Shown one piece after another: positions 27,913 through 35,955 of a DNA stretch of 64,000 bases. The translations under genes were made by a program, and so were the position numbers. The stretch is from positions 1-64,000 of IMG/VR virus record IMGVR_UViG_3300042691_019533; one strand, 5' to 3'. The first letter of the stretch is position 1; each line of letters begins with the position of its first letter. The notes under the pieces were generated by a model. It saw only the letters and a list, made by a program, of their open reading frames with translations, did no database searches and was not told the origin of the DNA. This stretch comes from a virus.

Positions 27913-28983
27913 ATGAAAATATGTGTAATAGGTAATGATTATAAACAGCAATTTCCACTATGTAGTTATGGTGGAATAGAATCATGCGTTGAAAATTTAT
28001 GTATAGGTATGAGAGATTACCTACCGAAAGATAATAAATTTAGTGTTATAGTACCAAAAATTTTGACTGGAGAAAAAGACTATGGATTTAAAATAATTCA
28101 AACTAATTATATAGAGTCTTCCATCTCCGGCGTTTCTTTTTATGAATTCGGACGAGAGATTAATCAAGCAATTAGAAATTCAAAATCAAAACCAGATATT
28201 ATTTGGTCGCAAAGTGCTTGGTCTGCTAAATCTTTTTGTGATTTAAATATACCAGTTATAGTAACTATTCATGATAGTTGCGGATGGGAAGAAAATAAAT
28301 TTATTTTTAACGAAAATGTATATTATAGATTTGTTTCTAAATTTTTATACGATCATGTTTTACAAGATGCAAATAATAACGAATTCGTTGCTAAGATAAA
28401 ATCTAAAAGCTTTTGGGGTCATTCCGGATTAATAGATGATGAATATGATTTTGAACCTAATAAGGAAGATTATGTATTATGGGTAGCGGGATTTAATTGG
28501 GGAATGCATAGTAAAGGATTAGATATATTAATAGATTTAGCTAAAAAAATACCAGAACAAAAATTTGTGGTTTATGGTATGGGGGATGACAATATTGAAA
28601 ATTATTTAAAAGATTTAAATAACAAAATATTAAATTTTGAATTTAAAGGAAAATTAAATAGAGGAGAAGATCATAAAAAAGCATTTAAAAAAGCTAGATT
28701 ATTTGCGATGTTAAGTAGAGTACCAGAAGCTTTCGGTAGAACTGGATTAGAGGCTATATCTAAAGGAACTCCGGTGATTGGAACAAGTATAGGATCTATA
28801 CCAGAACAAGTAAACCACGAAAATGTTGGTTACTGCTCTAACAATATAGACGAATTAGCACAAGCTATTAAATTTAAAAAATTTGATAATTTAAAATGTT
28901 TTGAATATTCAAAATCCAACTATCATATTAAAAATGAAATTAATTTTTTACTGGAAAAAAGCAATTTAATTTTAAATAAATGA
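27913..28983 (+). CDS. Glycosyltransferase family 4 (GT-B)
   Basis: P...YGGIE, VTIH, KG.D, EAFGRTGLEAISKGTPVIG and G..PE. Confidence 0.9.
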   Translation: MKICVIGNDYKQQFPLCSYGGIESCVENLCIGMRDYLPKDNKFSVIVPKILTGEKDYGFKIIQTNYIESSISGVSFYEFGREINQAIRNSKSKPDIIWSQSAWSAKSFCDLNIPVIVTIHDSCGWEENKFIFNENVYYRFVSKFLYDHVLQDANNNEFVAKIKSKSFWGHSGLIDDEYDFEPNKEDYVLWVAGFNWGMHSKGLDILIDLAKKIPEQKFVVYGMGDDNIENYLKDLNNKILNFEFKGKLNRGEDHKKAFKKARLFAMLSRVPEAFGRTGLEAISKGTPVIGTSIGSIPEQVNHENVGYCSNNIDELAQAIKFKKFDNLKCFEYSKSNYHIKNEINFLLEKSNLILNK

Positions 28984-29978
28984 AAGCTAATATAATTGGA
29001 TGTGGATTATCAGGAATTACATCAGCTATTTTATTAAAAGATAAAGGATATGATGTAACTATTTTCGAAACTAGATCTCATATTGGTGGAAATTGTTATG
29101 ATAGTAATTTATGCGGAACATTAGTTCATAATTACGGTCCTCATATATTTCATACTAGCGATGATGAAGTATATGAATTTTTAAGTAGATATACTGAATG
29201 GATAGAATTTAAAAACAAACCTAAAGGAAATACTAAAGTTGGTCTAATATCATTACCATATAGTAAAAAAACTATAAAAGAAATAGGAAAAGAATTATCT
29301 CAAGAAGAAATAGTAGATTTAATTTTTAAAGATTACTCAGAAAAACAATGGGGAGTATCTTTTGAAGATATTCCAAAATCTATTACAAATAGAATACCAA
29401 AAACTAAAGATTGCGAAGATCCCACATGGTACGAAGGAGAAAAATATCAATGTTTACCTAAGAATGGGTATACAAAAATGATGGAAAATATGTTGAGTGG
29501 ATTAAACGTGAAGCTAAATTGTAATGATACGGATTGGAAAAACTACAATTCAGATATAACGATTTACACTGGTAAAATAGATGAATATTTCAATTGCTGT
29601 TATGGTAAATTACCATATAGATCTCTTAATTTTATACACGAAATAACTCCAAATAAGTTAGATTATCCAATAATTAATCAAAATAACAAAGAAACAAATT
29701 ATACAAGAATTTACGACCATAGTTATTTTTCGGAAAAACATAAAGGATTAACAGTAATAACAAAAGAATACCCAAAAAATTCAGAACCACAAGATGTTCC
29801 TTTCTATCCTATTCCGTTCGGAGAAGGATTAAAATTGTATTCTAAATATAAGGAATTAGCAGATAAAGAAAAACATATTGTTTTTGTTGGTAGACTTGCT
29901 ACTTATACATATTTAGACATGTGGATGGCCGTTAAACAGGCTATGATTAAAATAAAAAATATTGAAAAAACAAAATAA
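28980..29978 (+). CDS. glf: UDP-galactopyranose mutase
   Basis: GCGLSG, HIGGNCYD, HNYGPHIFHT, YSEKQWG, YTGKID.YF, LPYRSL, PFYP and GRLATY.YLDM. Confidence 0.93.
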   Translation: MKANIIGCGLSGITSAILLKDKGYDVTIFETRSHIGGNCYDSNLCGTLVHNYGPHIFHTSDDEVYEFLSRYTEWIEFKNKPKGNTKVGLISLPYSKKTIKEIGKELSQEEIVDLIFKDYSEKQWGVSFEDIPKSITNRIPKTKDCEDPTWYEGEKYQCLPKNGYTKMMENMLSGLNVKLNCNDTDWKNYNSDITIYTGKIDEYFNCCYGKLPYRSLNFIHEITPNKLDYPIINQNNKETNYTRIYDHSYFSEKHKGLTVITKEYPKNSEPQDVPFYPIPFGEGLKLYSKYKELADKEKHIVFVGRLATYTYLDMWMAVKQAMIKIKNIEKTK

Positions 29979-29990
29979 TAATAATATAAT
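29962..29990 (+). promoter_or_regulatory. Sigma70-like internal promoter of the glycan island
   Basis: TTGAAA-17 nt-TATAAT, 5 nt before the ATG at 29996. Confidence 0.55.
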
Positions 29991-29995
29991 TGTTT

Positions 29996-30751
29996 ATGAA
30001 AAAAAATAAATTAGGTATATTTATGACTTTTTTCGATGAAACAAAGGCTATAAAATATGCAATTTCATCGCTGAGACGCTTTTACCCCGAATCTCCACTT
30101 TATATAGTATATGAAAGTGATGAAGATTTTAGTTTCTTAAAAAAAGATACTAATAATGTTTATTATAAAGTTGATGATACGATGGGTTCCGTATTAGGTA
30201 TCAACGATCAAAATTTTCGAACTGAAAAAAATCAAAAAAATATTAAAATTGCAACATTAGCTGTTATAGAAAGAGTATCAAAAGCTATAGAATATTTTGA
30301 TTCTGAATATATATTACAACACTGTCCAGACTCGTTAATTAGAGGAAAATTGACAATCCCAGAAAACACTGGCCTTTTAGGTTCGAGAGTAAATCAATAT
30401 TTCTCAGATGACGTTAATAAAGTATTAATAAAGTATGGCGGAATTCCAATAACTGCTTTTGGTGCTGTACCAGCTATTTATAATAGTGATGATTTTTTAA
30501 AAGCAAAAAATATCTTTTTAAAAAATGAAACTCTATTAGATGAATTATGTAATGCGTGGTACCCAATTTTTTCTCATGATATTTTATTACCTATATTATT
30601 TTCATTAATAGGAAAAATGGAAACGTTTAATCCTGAAATTACAGAATGTGGTAGAAATCCAAATTGGACTAATTCTGGACATCCACTATTACATCAATTC
30701 CGGTTTAACTATCCACATAGAACTTCAAAATATAAAGTAAATGAAAATTAA
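29996..30751 (+). CDS. Putative GT-A-like protein
   Basis: SLRRFYPESPLYIV, EYILQHCPDS.IRG, HD and HP.LHQF resemble divergent GT2 enzymes. Island context supports this. Confidence 0.5.
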   Translation: MKKNKLGIFMTFFDETKAIKYAISSLRRFYPESPLYIVYESDEDFSFLKKDTNNVYYKVDDTMGSVLGINDQNFRTEKNQKNIKIATLAVIERVSKAIEYFDSEYILQHCPDSLIRGKLTIPENTGLLGSRVNQYFSDDVNKVLIKYGGIPITAFGAVPAIYNSDDFLKAKNIFLKNETLLDELCNAWYPIFSHDILLPILFSLIGKMETFNPEITECGRNPNWTNSGHPLLHQFRFNYPHRTSKYKVNEN

Positions 30752-30760
30752 ATTAAAATT

Positions 30761-31354
30761 ATGATAAACGAATATATAGAAAAAACAATAACAGGAACAA
30801 GAGACTCGGATAGGCATTTATTAGTACTATTCAGCATAGCGTTAGCGACTAAAGGTAAAAATTATATAGAACTAGGAGTAAGATCAGGAGATAGTACAAC
30901 TCCATTAAAATTAGCGGCTAAATTAAATTCAGGTAAATTATATTCTGTTGATATTGATGAAAACCCTTTTAAAACTAAAAAAGACGAAAATTGGGAATTT
31001 TTTCAAAGCGATGCTGTTGAATTTTTATCGAACTGGGAGGATTCAAAAAAACCTACTCCCGATTTTATATATGTTGACGATTGGCATAGTTATGATCACG
31101 TAAAAAAAGAATTAGATATTATCGATAGAATAGTAACACCGTCAACAATTATATTATTACATGATAGCATGTATGGAAATACATGTCCATATTATCACTC
31201 CGACTTAACCTTAAAGGATGGACAATGGGCTAATGGAGGCCCATATAGAGCTATTGCAGAATTGAATCCTCAATTTTGGGAGTTTTCTACGTTACCTTGG
31301 AGTCATGGTTTGACGATTTTAAGAAAAAAATATTCAAACAGGACAACTACATAA
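30761..31354 (+). CDS. Class I SAM methyltransferase (Methyltransf_24-like)
   Basis: IELGVRSGDST, LYSVDI, DFIYVDDWHSY and ILLHD. Confidence 0.85.
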   Translation: MINEYIEKTITGTRDSDRHLLVLFSIALATKGKNYIELGVRSGDSTTPLKLAAKLNSGKLYSVDIDENPFKTKKDENWEFFQSDAVEFLSNWEDSKKPTPDFIYVDDWHSYDHVKKELDIIDRIVTPSTIILLHDSMYGNTCPYYHSDLTLKDGQWANGGPYRAIAELNPQFWEFSTLPWSHGLTILRKKYSNRTTT

Positions 31355-32169
31355 TGAAAATATTAGTTTTAGGTTCAAGTGGACAGATAGGAAAACCAAC
31401 TATTAAATATCTAAAAGATAATAATCACGATATTATCGAATGGGATATTCTAAAAGATCCATCAAACGATTTAAGAATACCAAACAAGGAATTATACAAA
31501 ACAATCAACACGTCTGATTTTGTTTATTATTTAGCATCTGATGTTGGAGGTGCAAAATATTTAGAAAAAAAACAAGATTCTTTCGAATTTATTAATAATA
31601 ACATGTTAATAATGTCCAACACATTTAAAGCTCTTAAAGAATGTAATAAACCTTTCATATTTACATCATCGCAAATGGCTGATTTAAAACATTCGACTTA
31701 TGGACAATTAAAATTATTAGGAGAAAAAATTACAAATGATATTGGAGGATTAGTTGTTAGACTTTGGAATGTATATGCTGAAGAAACGGATATTGAAAAA
31801 TCACATGTTATAACCGATTTTATTAAAATGGCGAAAACTTATAATAAAATTAACATGAGAACGGATGGTATGGAATCTAGACAATTTTTATATGCTGAAG
31901 ATTGTGCCAAGTGTTTATTAACACTAACAAAAAAATACAATCAATTAGATAAAACTAAACCATATCATATTACTAGTTTTAAATGGACTACAATAAAAGA
32001 CATAGCATTAATAATATCTAAATTAACAGGATGTGAGATTATATTTAATAAAAATAAAGATAAAACGCAAATGAACGCTATGAATCCGCCTAATAAATAT
32101 ATATTAAATTTTTGGGAACCTACGATTTCTTTAGAAGAGGGTATAAAAATATTAATTGATTCAAAATAA
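31354..32169 (+). CDS. NAD-dependent NDP-sugar epimerase/dehydratase
   Basis: Likely ATG at 31354 (TAATG overlap). MKILVLGSSGQIG, LASDVGG, TSS, YGQLK (YxxxK), RLWNVY, RQFLYAED and ISLEEGI. Confidence 0.88.
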   Translation: MKILVLGSSGQIGKPTIKYLKDNNHDIIEWDILKDPSNDLRIPNKELYKTINTSDFVYYLASDVGGAKYLEKKQDSFEFINNNMLIMSNTFKALKECNKPFIFTSSQMADLKHSTYGQLKLLGEKITNDIGGLVVRLWNVYAEETDIEKSHVITDFIKMAKTYNKINMRTDGMESRQFLYAEDCAKCLLTLTKKYNQLDKTKPYHITSFKWTTIKDIALIISKLTGCEIIFNKNKDKTQMNAMNPPNKYILNFWEPTISLEEGIKILIDSK

Positions 32170-32185
32170 AATAAATTAAAAATTT

Positions 32186-32761
32186 ATGCAAAAAAAAATA
32201 TACATAGAAGCTGGAGCTAATGACGGGGTTAATGGTTCAAGAGGAATACAGTTTAAAGATAATTCTGAATATATGGGAATTCTAATAGAACCTCATCCTG
32301 TGATATTTAATTATTGTTTGAATTCTAGAAAAAACGATAATACATTATTATATAATGTAGCATTAGTATCAAGAAATCATAAAGAACCTACAATTGAATT
32401 ACAATTACATTCTTTACATCATCCTATGAATTCTATTAAAAAATCCATAGGACAGGCTTATAATAATTCGATTACAGTTCAAGCTAGAACTCTACAATCT
32501 ATCGTAGATGAAAATAATATATCTGAGGTGGATTATTTATATTTAGATGTTGAAGGTTATGAAAATGAAGTTTTAATGGGGATAGATTTTAATAAGACTA
32601 AGTTTAAATATATAGAAGTAGAATGCCATGCAGAATTTATAGGTATGTCTACAGAAGATGAAATTAAAATGCATAGCGATCATTTAGAAAAATATAATTA
32701 TAAAGTAATTGAAAAAAATACAAATGAAGGATCTTTAAAGTTAGTTTTTATTCAAAATTGA
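32186..32761 (+). CDS. FkbM-family methyltransferase
   Basis: IEAGANDG, GILIEP, NVALV, VQARTL and LDVEGYE. Confidence 0.88.
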   Translation: MQKKIYIEAGANDGVNGSRGIQFKDNSEYMGILIEPHPVIFNYCLNSRKNDNTLLYNVALVSRNHKEPTIELQLHSLHHPMNSIKKSIGQAYNNSITVQARTLQSIVDENNISEVDYLYLDVEGYENEVLMGIDFNKTKFKYIEVECHAEFIGMSTEDEIKMHSDHLEKYNYKVIEKNTNEGSLKLVFIQN

Positions 32762-32786
32762 AAAATTTAAATTTATATGTTATAAT
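32758..32786 (+). promoter_or_regulatory. Sigma70-like promoter of gp46
   Basis: TTGAAA-17 nt-TATAAT with an extended TG, 7 nt before the GTG start. Confidence 0.65.
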
Positions 32787-32793
32787 ATAAGTT

Positions 32794-34587
32794 GTGAAAA
32801 AAATAATATTTAATTCCGTTAAAATTCAAAATTTTCTTTCTGTCGGTAAAGATCAAATAAAATTAAATTTTAATTCTGGAATAAATCTTATAACAGGAGA
32901 AAATAAAGATAATGGTGGGAAAAATGGCGTTGGTAAAAGCACTATAGCCGATTCTATATATTGGTGTTTATTTGGAAACACAATTAGAGAACTTAAAAAA
33001 GATAAAATAATACATTCTAAAAGTAGTGGAAATTGTGAGGTAAGTTTAGATGTTAATATAGAAACAGAAAATGATAATAAAAATTATATTATCACTAGAA
33101 CGATAGATCCATCAAAAATAAGTTTATTATGTGATAATGTAGACATAACACCATCTACTATACCAGCTACCGATGATTTAATTAAACATTTAATTGGAGG
33201 AACAGAAGAAGTATTTCAAAATTCAGTTATAATGTCTTCTAATAATACCTTGCCTTTCATGGCGCAAAAAAAGATAGACAAAAGAAAATTTGTAGAAGGA
33301 ATTTTAAAACTTAATATTTTTAGCGAGATGCTTCTAAAAATAAGATCTGATTATAACGATTATAAAAAAGAAAATGACTTATTAAGTAATGATTTTATAA
33401 ATCAGCAAAAAAATTTAGAAATATTCGAAAAACAAAAAGAAAACGGAGAAGAAATTAAAAGTTTAAAAATAAAGACCATAAATGAAAAAATAGAAACAAA
33501 TAAAAAAACTATTTCAGATTTAAAAAATATAAATTTAAATTTTAATAAAATTAAAATTGACGTTAAAAATATAGAAAATAAATTAAAAATTTTAGATTCT
33601 GGATATAAAAAATTACAATCTGAAAATTTAAAAATAGTAAATGCTAAGGCTGAAATATCAGCCGAAATAAATCAATTTAAAAAAGAAAAACAAAAATTTT
33701 TAGATAAAGGGAATACATGTCCAGTTTGTAACAGAGATTATTGTAAAGAAGATTTAGAAGTTTTAAATGAAAAACTGAAAGAAATAGACATTAACATACG
33801 AAATCATTCCAAATCTTTAGAGGATATCTTGAATAAGAAAGAAGATAATGATAAAAAAATAAATGATGTAAATTCGGGGATTACAAAATTAAAAAATAAA
33901 CATAAAGAACTTTTAGCGGAATCTACAAAAATAGAAATTACAAACGAAAAAATTAAAAATCTAATAGATAAAAATAAAGAATATGATGATGATATTCTAA
34001 AGATTAAAAATGAAAAATACGATTATGATAAAAATATAATAGAGTGTAATAAAAAAATCAAAAATCTAAACGAAAAACTTATAAATATTAAAAAATATTT
34101 ACAAATACTTGATTCTTGTAAGTTTATAGTGTCAGAAGATGGAGTAAAAACCTATATAATAAAGAAAATACTGAAAATTATAAATGAAAGATTAAATTTT
34201 TATTTAAAAACTTTTGATGCTCCATGTAAATGTGAGTTTAATGAATTGTTTGAAGAAACTATATATAATGAACAAGGTAAAGAATGTTCGTATCACAATT
34301 TTAGTGGTGGAGAAAGAAAAAGAATAGATGTTGCTATTTTGTTTATGTTTCAAGATGTTTTACGATTACATTCAGGGATATCATATTCTTTAAATATTTA
34401 TGACGAATTATTTGATTCTGCATTAGATGATAATGGTATTGATAAAATTTTAAATATTTTAAGATTAAAAGTTGAAAAATATAAAGAATCGGTTTATATT
34501 ATATCTCATAAGACATCAACTAAATCAAATATTGATAATGTTATTTTTTTGGAAAAAACAAACGGCGAAACCAAAATGATTAATTGA
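32794..34587 (+). CDS. gp46: Recombination ATPase subunit (gp46, Rad50/SbcC-like)
   Basis: NFLS.G, NGVGKST Walker A, coiled coil with a CPVC hook, FSGGE signature, YDE.FD and ISH. Confidence 0.93.
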   Translation: MKKIIFNSVKIQNFLSVGKDQIKLNFNSGINLITGENKDNGGKNGVGKSTIADSIYWCLFGNTIRELKKDKIIHSKSSGNCEVSLDVNIETENDNKNYIITRTIDPSKISLLCDNVDITPSTIPATDDLIKHLIGGTEEVFQNSVIMSSNNTLPFMAQKKIDKRKFVEGILKLNIFSEMLLKIRSDYNDYKKENDLLSNDFINQQKNLEIFEKQKENGEEIKSLKIKTINEKIETNKKTISDLKNINLNFNKIKIDVKNIENKLKILDSGYKKLQSENLKIVNAKAEISAEINQFKKEKQKFLDKGNTCPVCNRDYCKEDLEVLNEKLKEIDINIRNHSKSLEDILNKKEDNDKKINDVNSGITKLKNKHKELLAESTKIEITNEKIKNLIDKNKEYDDDILKIKNEKYDYDKNIIECNKKIKNLNEKLINIKKYLQILDSCKFIVSEDGVKTYIIKKILKIINERLNFYLKTFDAPCKCEFNELFEETIYNEQGKECSYHNFSGGERKRIDVAILFMFQDVLRLHSGISYSLNIYDELFDSALDDNGIDKILNILRLKVEKYKESVYIISHKTSTKSNIDNVIFLEKTNGETKMIN

Positions 34588-34624
34588 TTTTTATATTATA
34601 AAAAATAAGTTTAAATAAAAAATT

Positions 34625-35923
34625 ATGGCTTTAAAAATAAAAGAAGATATTAGTAATAGTATTGTATATAAAACAATACCGGTAAATATTGGTATTCCAC
34701 ATCAACCAAACGGTTTACCTATAGGAAGTCCAGTATATAGTTACATGAATCTACAGCCTATCAGCATACCGAAAGCTCCAGCGTTAGATATGCCAGAAGC
34801 ATCATTACCTAGAGCACTTAACTATTATGCTGATTATGGTGGATGTGGATTTTGGAGAATGATATGGCCAGAATTTTTATTAAATGGTTATCAAAAAGCG
34901 TGTATATCTGGACTTACATGTATGGTATTAGATCCTAGATTTTATAGAGATATAAAAGCAATTAGAGTTCAAAGACAAGCCACTCCAGCACAAAGAGATT
35001 TTATTAAAGAATTAAGAAAACTTAGTCACGAATTAAAATTTAGAATGATTTATGAAGTTGATGATATTGTTTTTAAGGATGATATTCCAGACTACAATAG
35101 ATGTAAGGAACCATTTTGTGATAAAGCTATAACCGAAAGCATAGTCGATATAATGAAAAATATGGATGAAATTACTGTTACTTGTAATTTCATGAAAGAA
35201 TATTATAAAGACAAAATAGGAACAGATAGAGTAACTGTAATTCCAAACTACGCTCCAAAATTTTGGTTGGATCGTTTTTATGATATAGATAAAATTAAAA
35301 ATAATTTTGAAAAAAATAAGAAAAGACCAAGAATTTTATATGCAGGATCGGGAACTCACATAGATGTAATGAATAAAACAAACGGAAAAGATGATTTCGG
35401 ACATGTTTTAGAATCTATAATAAAAGCTAGAAAGAAATTTAAGTTTGTATTCAAAGGTTGCTATCCTATAGCACTAAAACCATTTATAGATTCAGGAGAA
35501 ATGGAATTTATACAATGGTCACAGCTTTTTGATTTACCAAGAGGTCTTTATGAAGCAAACTGTAATGCAGTTTATGCTCCATTAGCTGATAATACTTTTA
35601 ATAAATCAAAGAGTAATATTAAAATGATAGAATCTGGAGCATTGGGAATTCCTGGAGTTTTCCAAGATCTCTGCACTTATGAAACAGCAGATTTAAAGTT
35701 TAAATCTGGAGATGATCTTATAAATCAGTTAGAGTATTTAACTTCTGATTTTGATAAATATATTAAATTATCTGAAAAATCTAGAAAATACGTCGAAGGA
35801 ATGTGGTTAGAAGATCATATCGACGAGTACGAAGCAATTTATTTTACAGAGTGGGGATCTAAAGAGAGAAAAGAAAAAGCTCCAAATCTTATAAATTTAA
35901 ATCCTGAGCAAAATAAATCTTGA
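34625..35923 (+). CDS. GT-B fold glycosyltransferase adjacent to the DNA polymerase
   Basis: D.GGCGFWR..WP, QR, IYEVDD, VIPNY, ILYAGSGTH and APLADNTFNKSKSNIKMIE. Confidence 0.8.
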   Translation: MALKIKEDISNSIVYKTIPVNIGIPHQPNGLPIGSPVYSYMNLQPISIPKAPALDMPEASLPRALNYYADYGGCGFWRMIWPEFLLNGYQKACISGLTCMVLDPRFYRDIKAIRVQRQATPAQRDFIKELRKLSHELKFRMIYEVDDIVFKDDIPDYNRCKEPFCDKAITESIVDIMKNMDEITVTCNFMKEYYKDKIGTDRVTVIPNYAPKFWLDRFYDIDKIKNNFEKNKKRPRILYAGSGTHIDVMNKTNGKDDFGHVLESIIKARKKFKFVFKGCYPIALKPFIDSGEMEFIQWSQLFDLPRGLYEANCNAVYAPLADNTFNKSKSNIKMIESGALGIPGVFQDLCTYETADLKFKSGDDLINQLEYLTSDFDKYIKLSEKSRKYVEGMWLEDHIDEYEAIYFTEWGSKERKEKAPNLINLNPEQNKS

Positions 35924-35948
35924 TATAACTATCAACGCATATTAAAAT
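35920..35948 (+). promoter_or_regulatory. Sigma70-like promoter of the DNA polymerase gene
   Basis: TTGATA-17 nt-TAAAAT, 7 nt before the ATG. Confidence 0.6.
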
Positions 35949-35955
35949 ATAATAG

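Noticed and set aside
20457-32761. Glycan island as host chromosomal DNA, a prophage boundary or a chimeric assembly
   Set aside because: It is overlap-coupled to gp47, its last stop codon overlaps the gp46 promoter, its composition looks equally AT-rich, and there is no integrase, IS or export gene.
24909-32761. Island methyltransferases as a restriction-modification system
   Set aside because: The motifs are FkbM, Methyltransf_24 and DUF268 types, lacking DNA-MTase catalytic motifs, and there is no cognate restriction nuclease.
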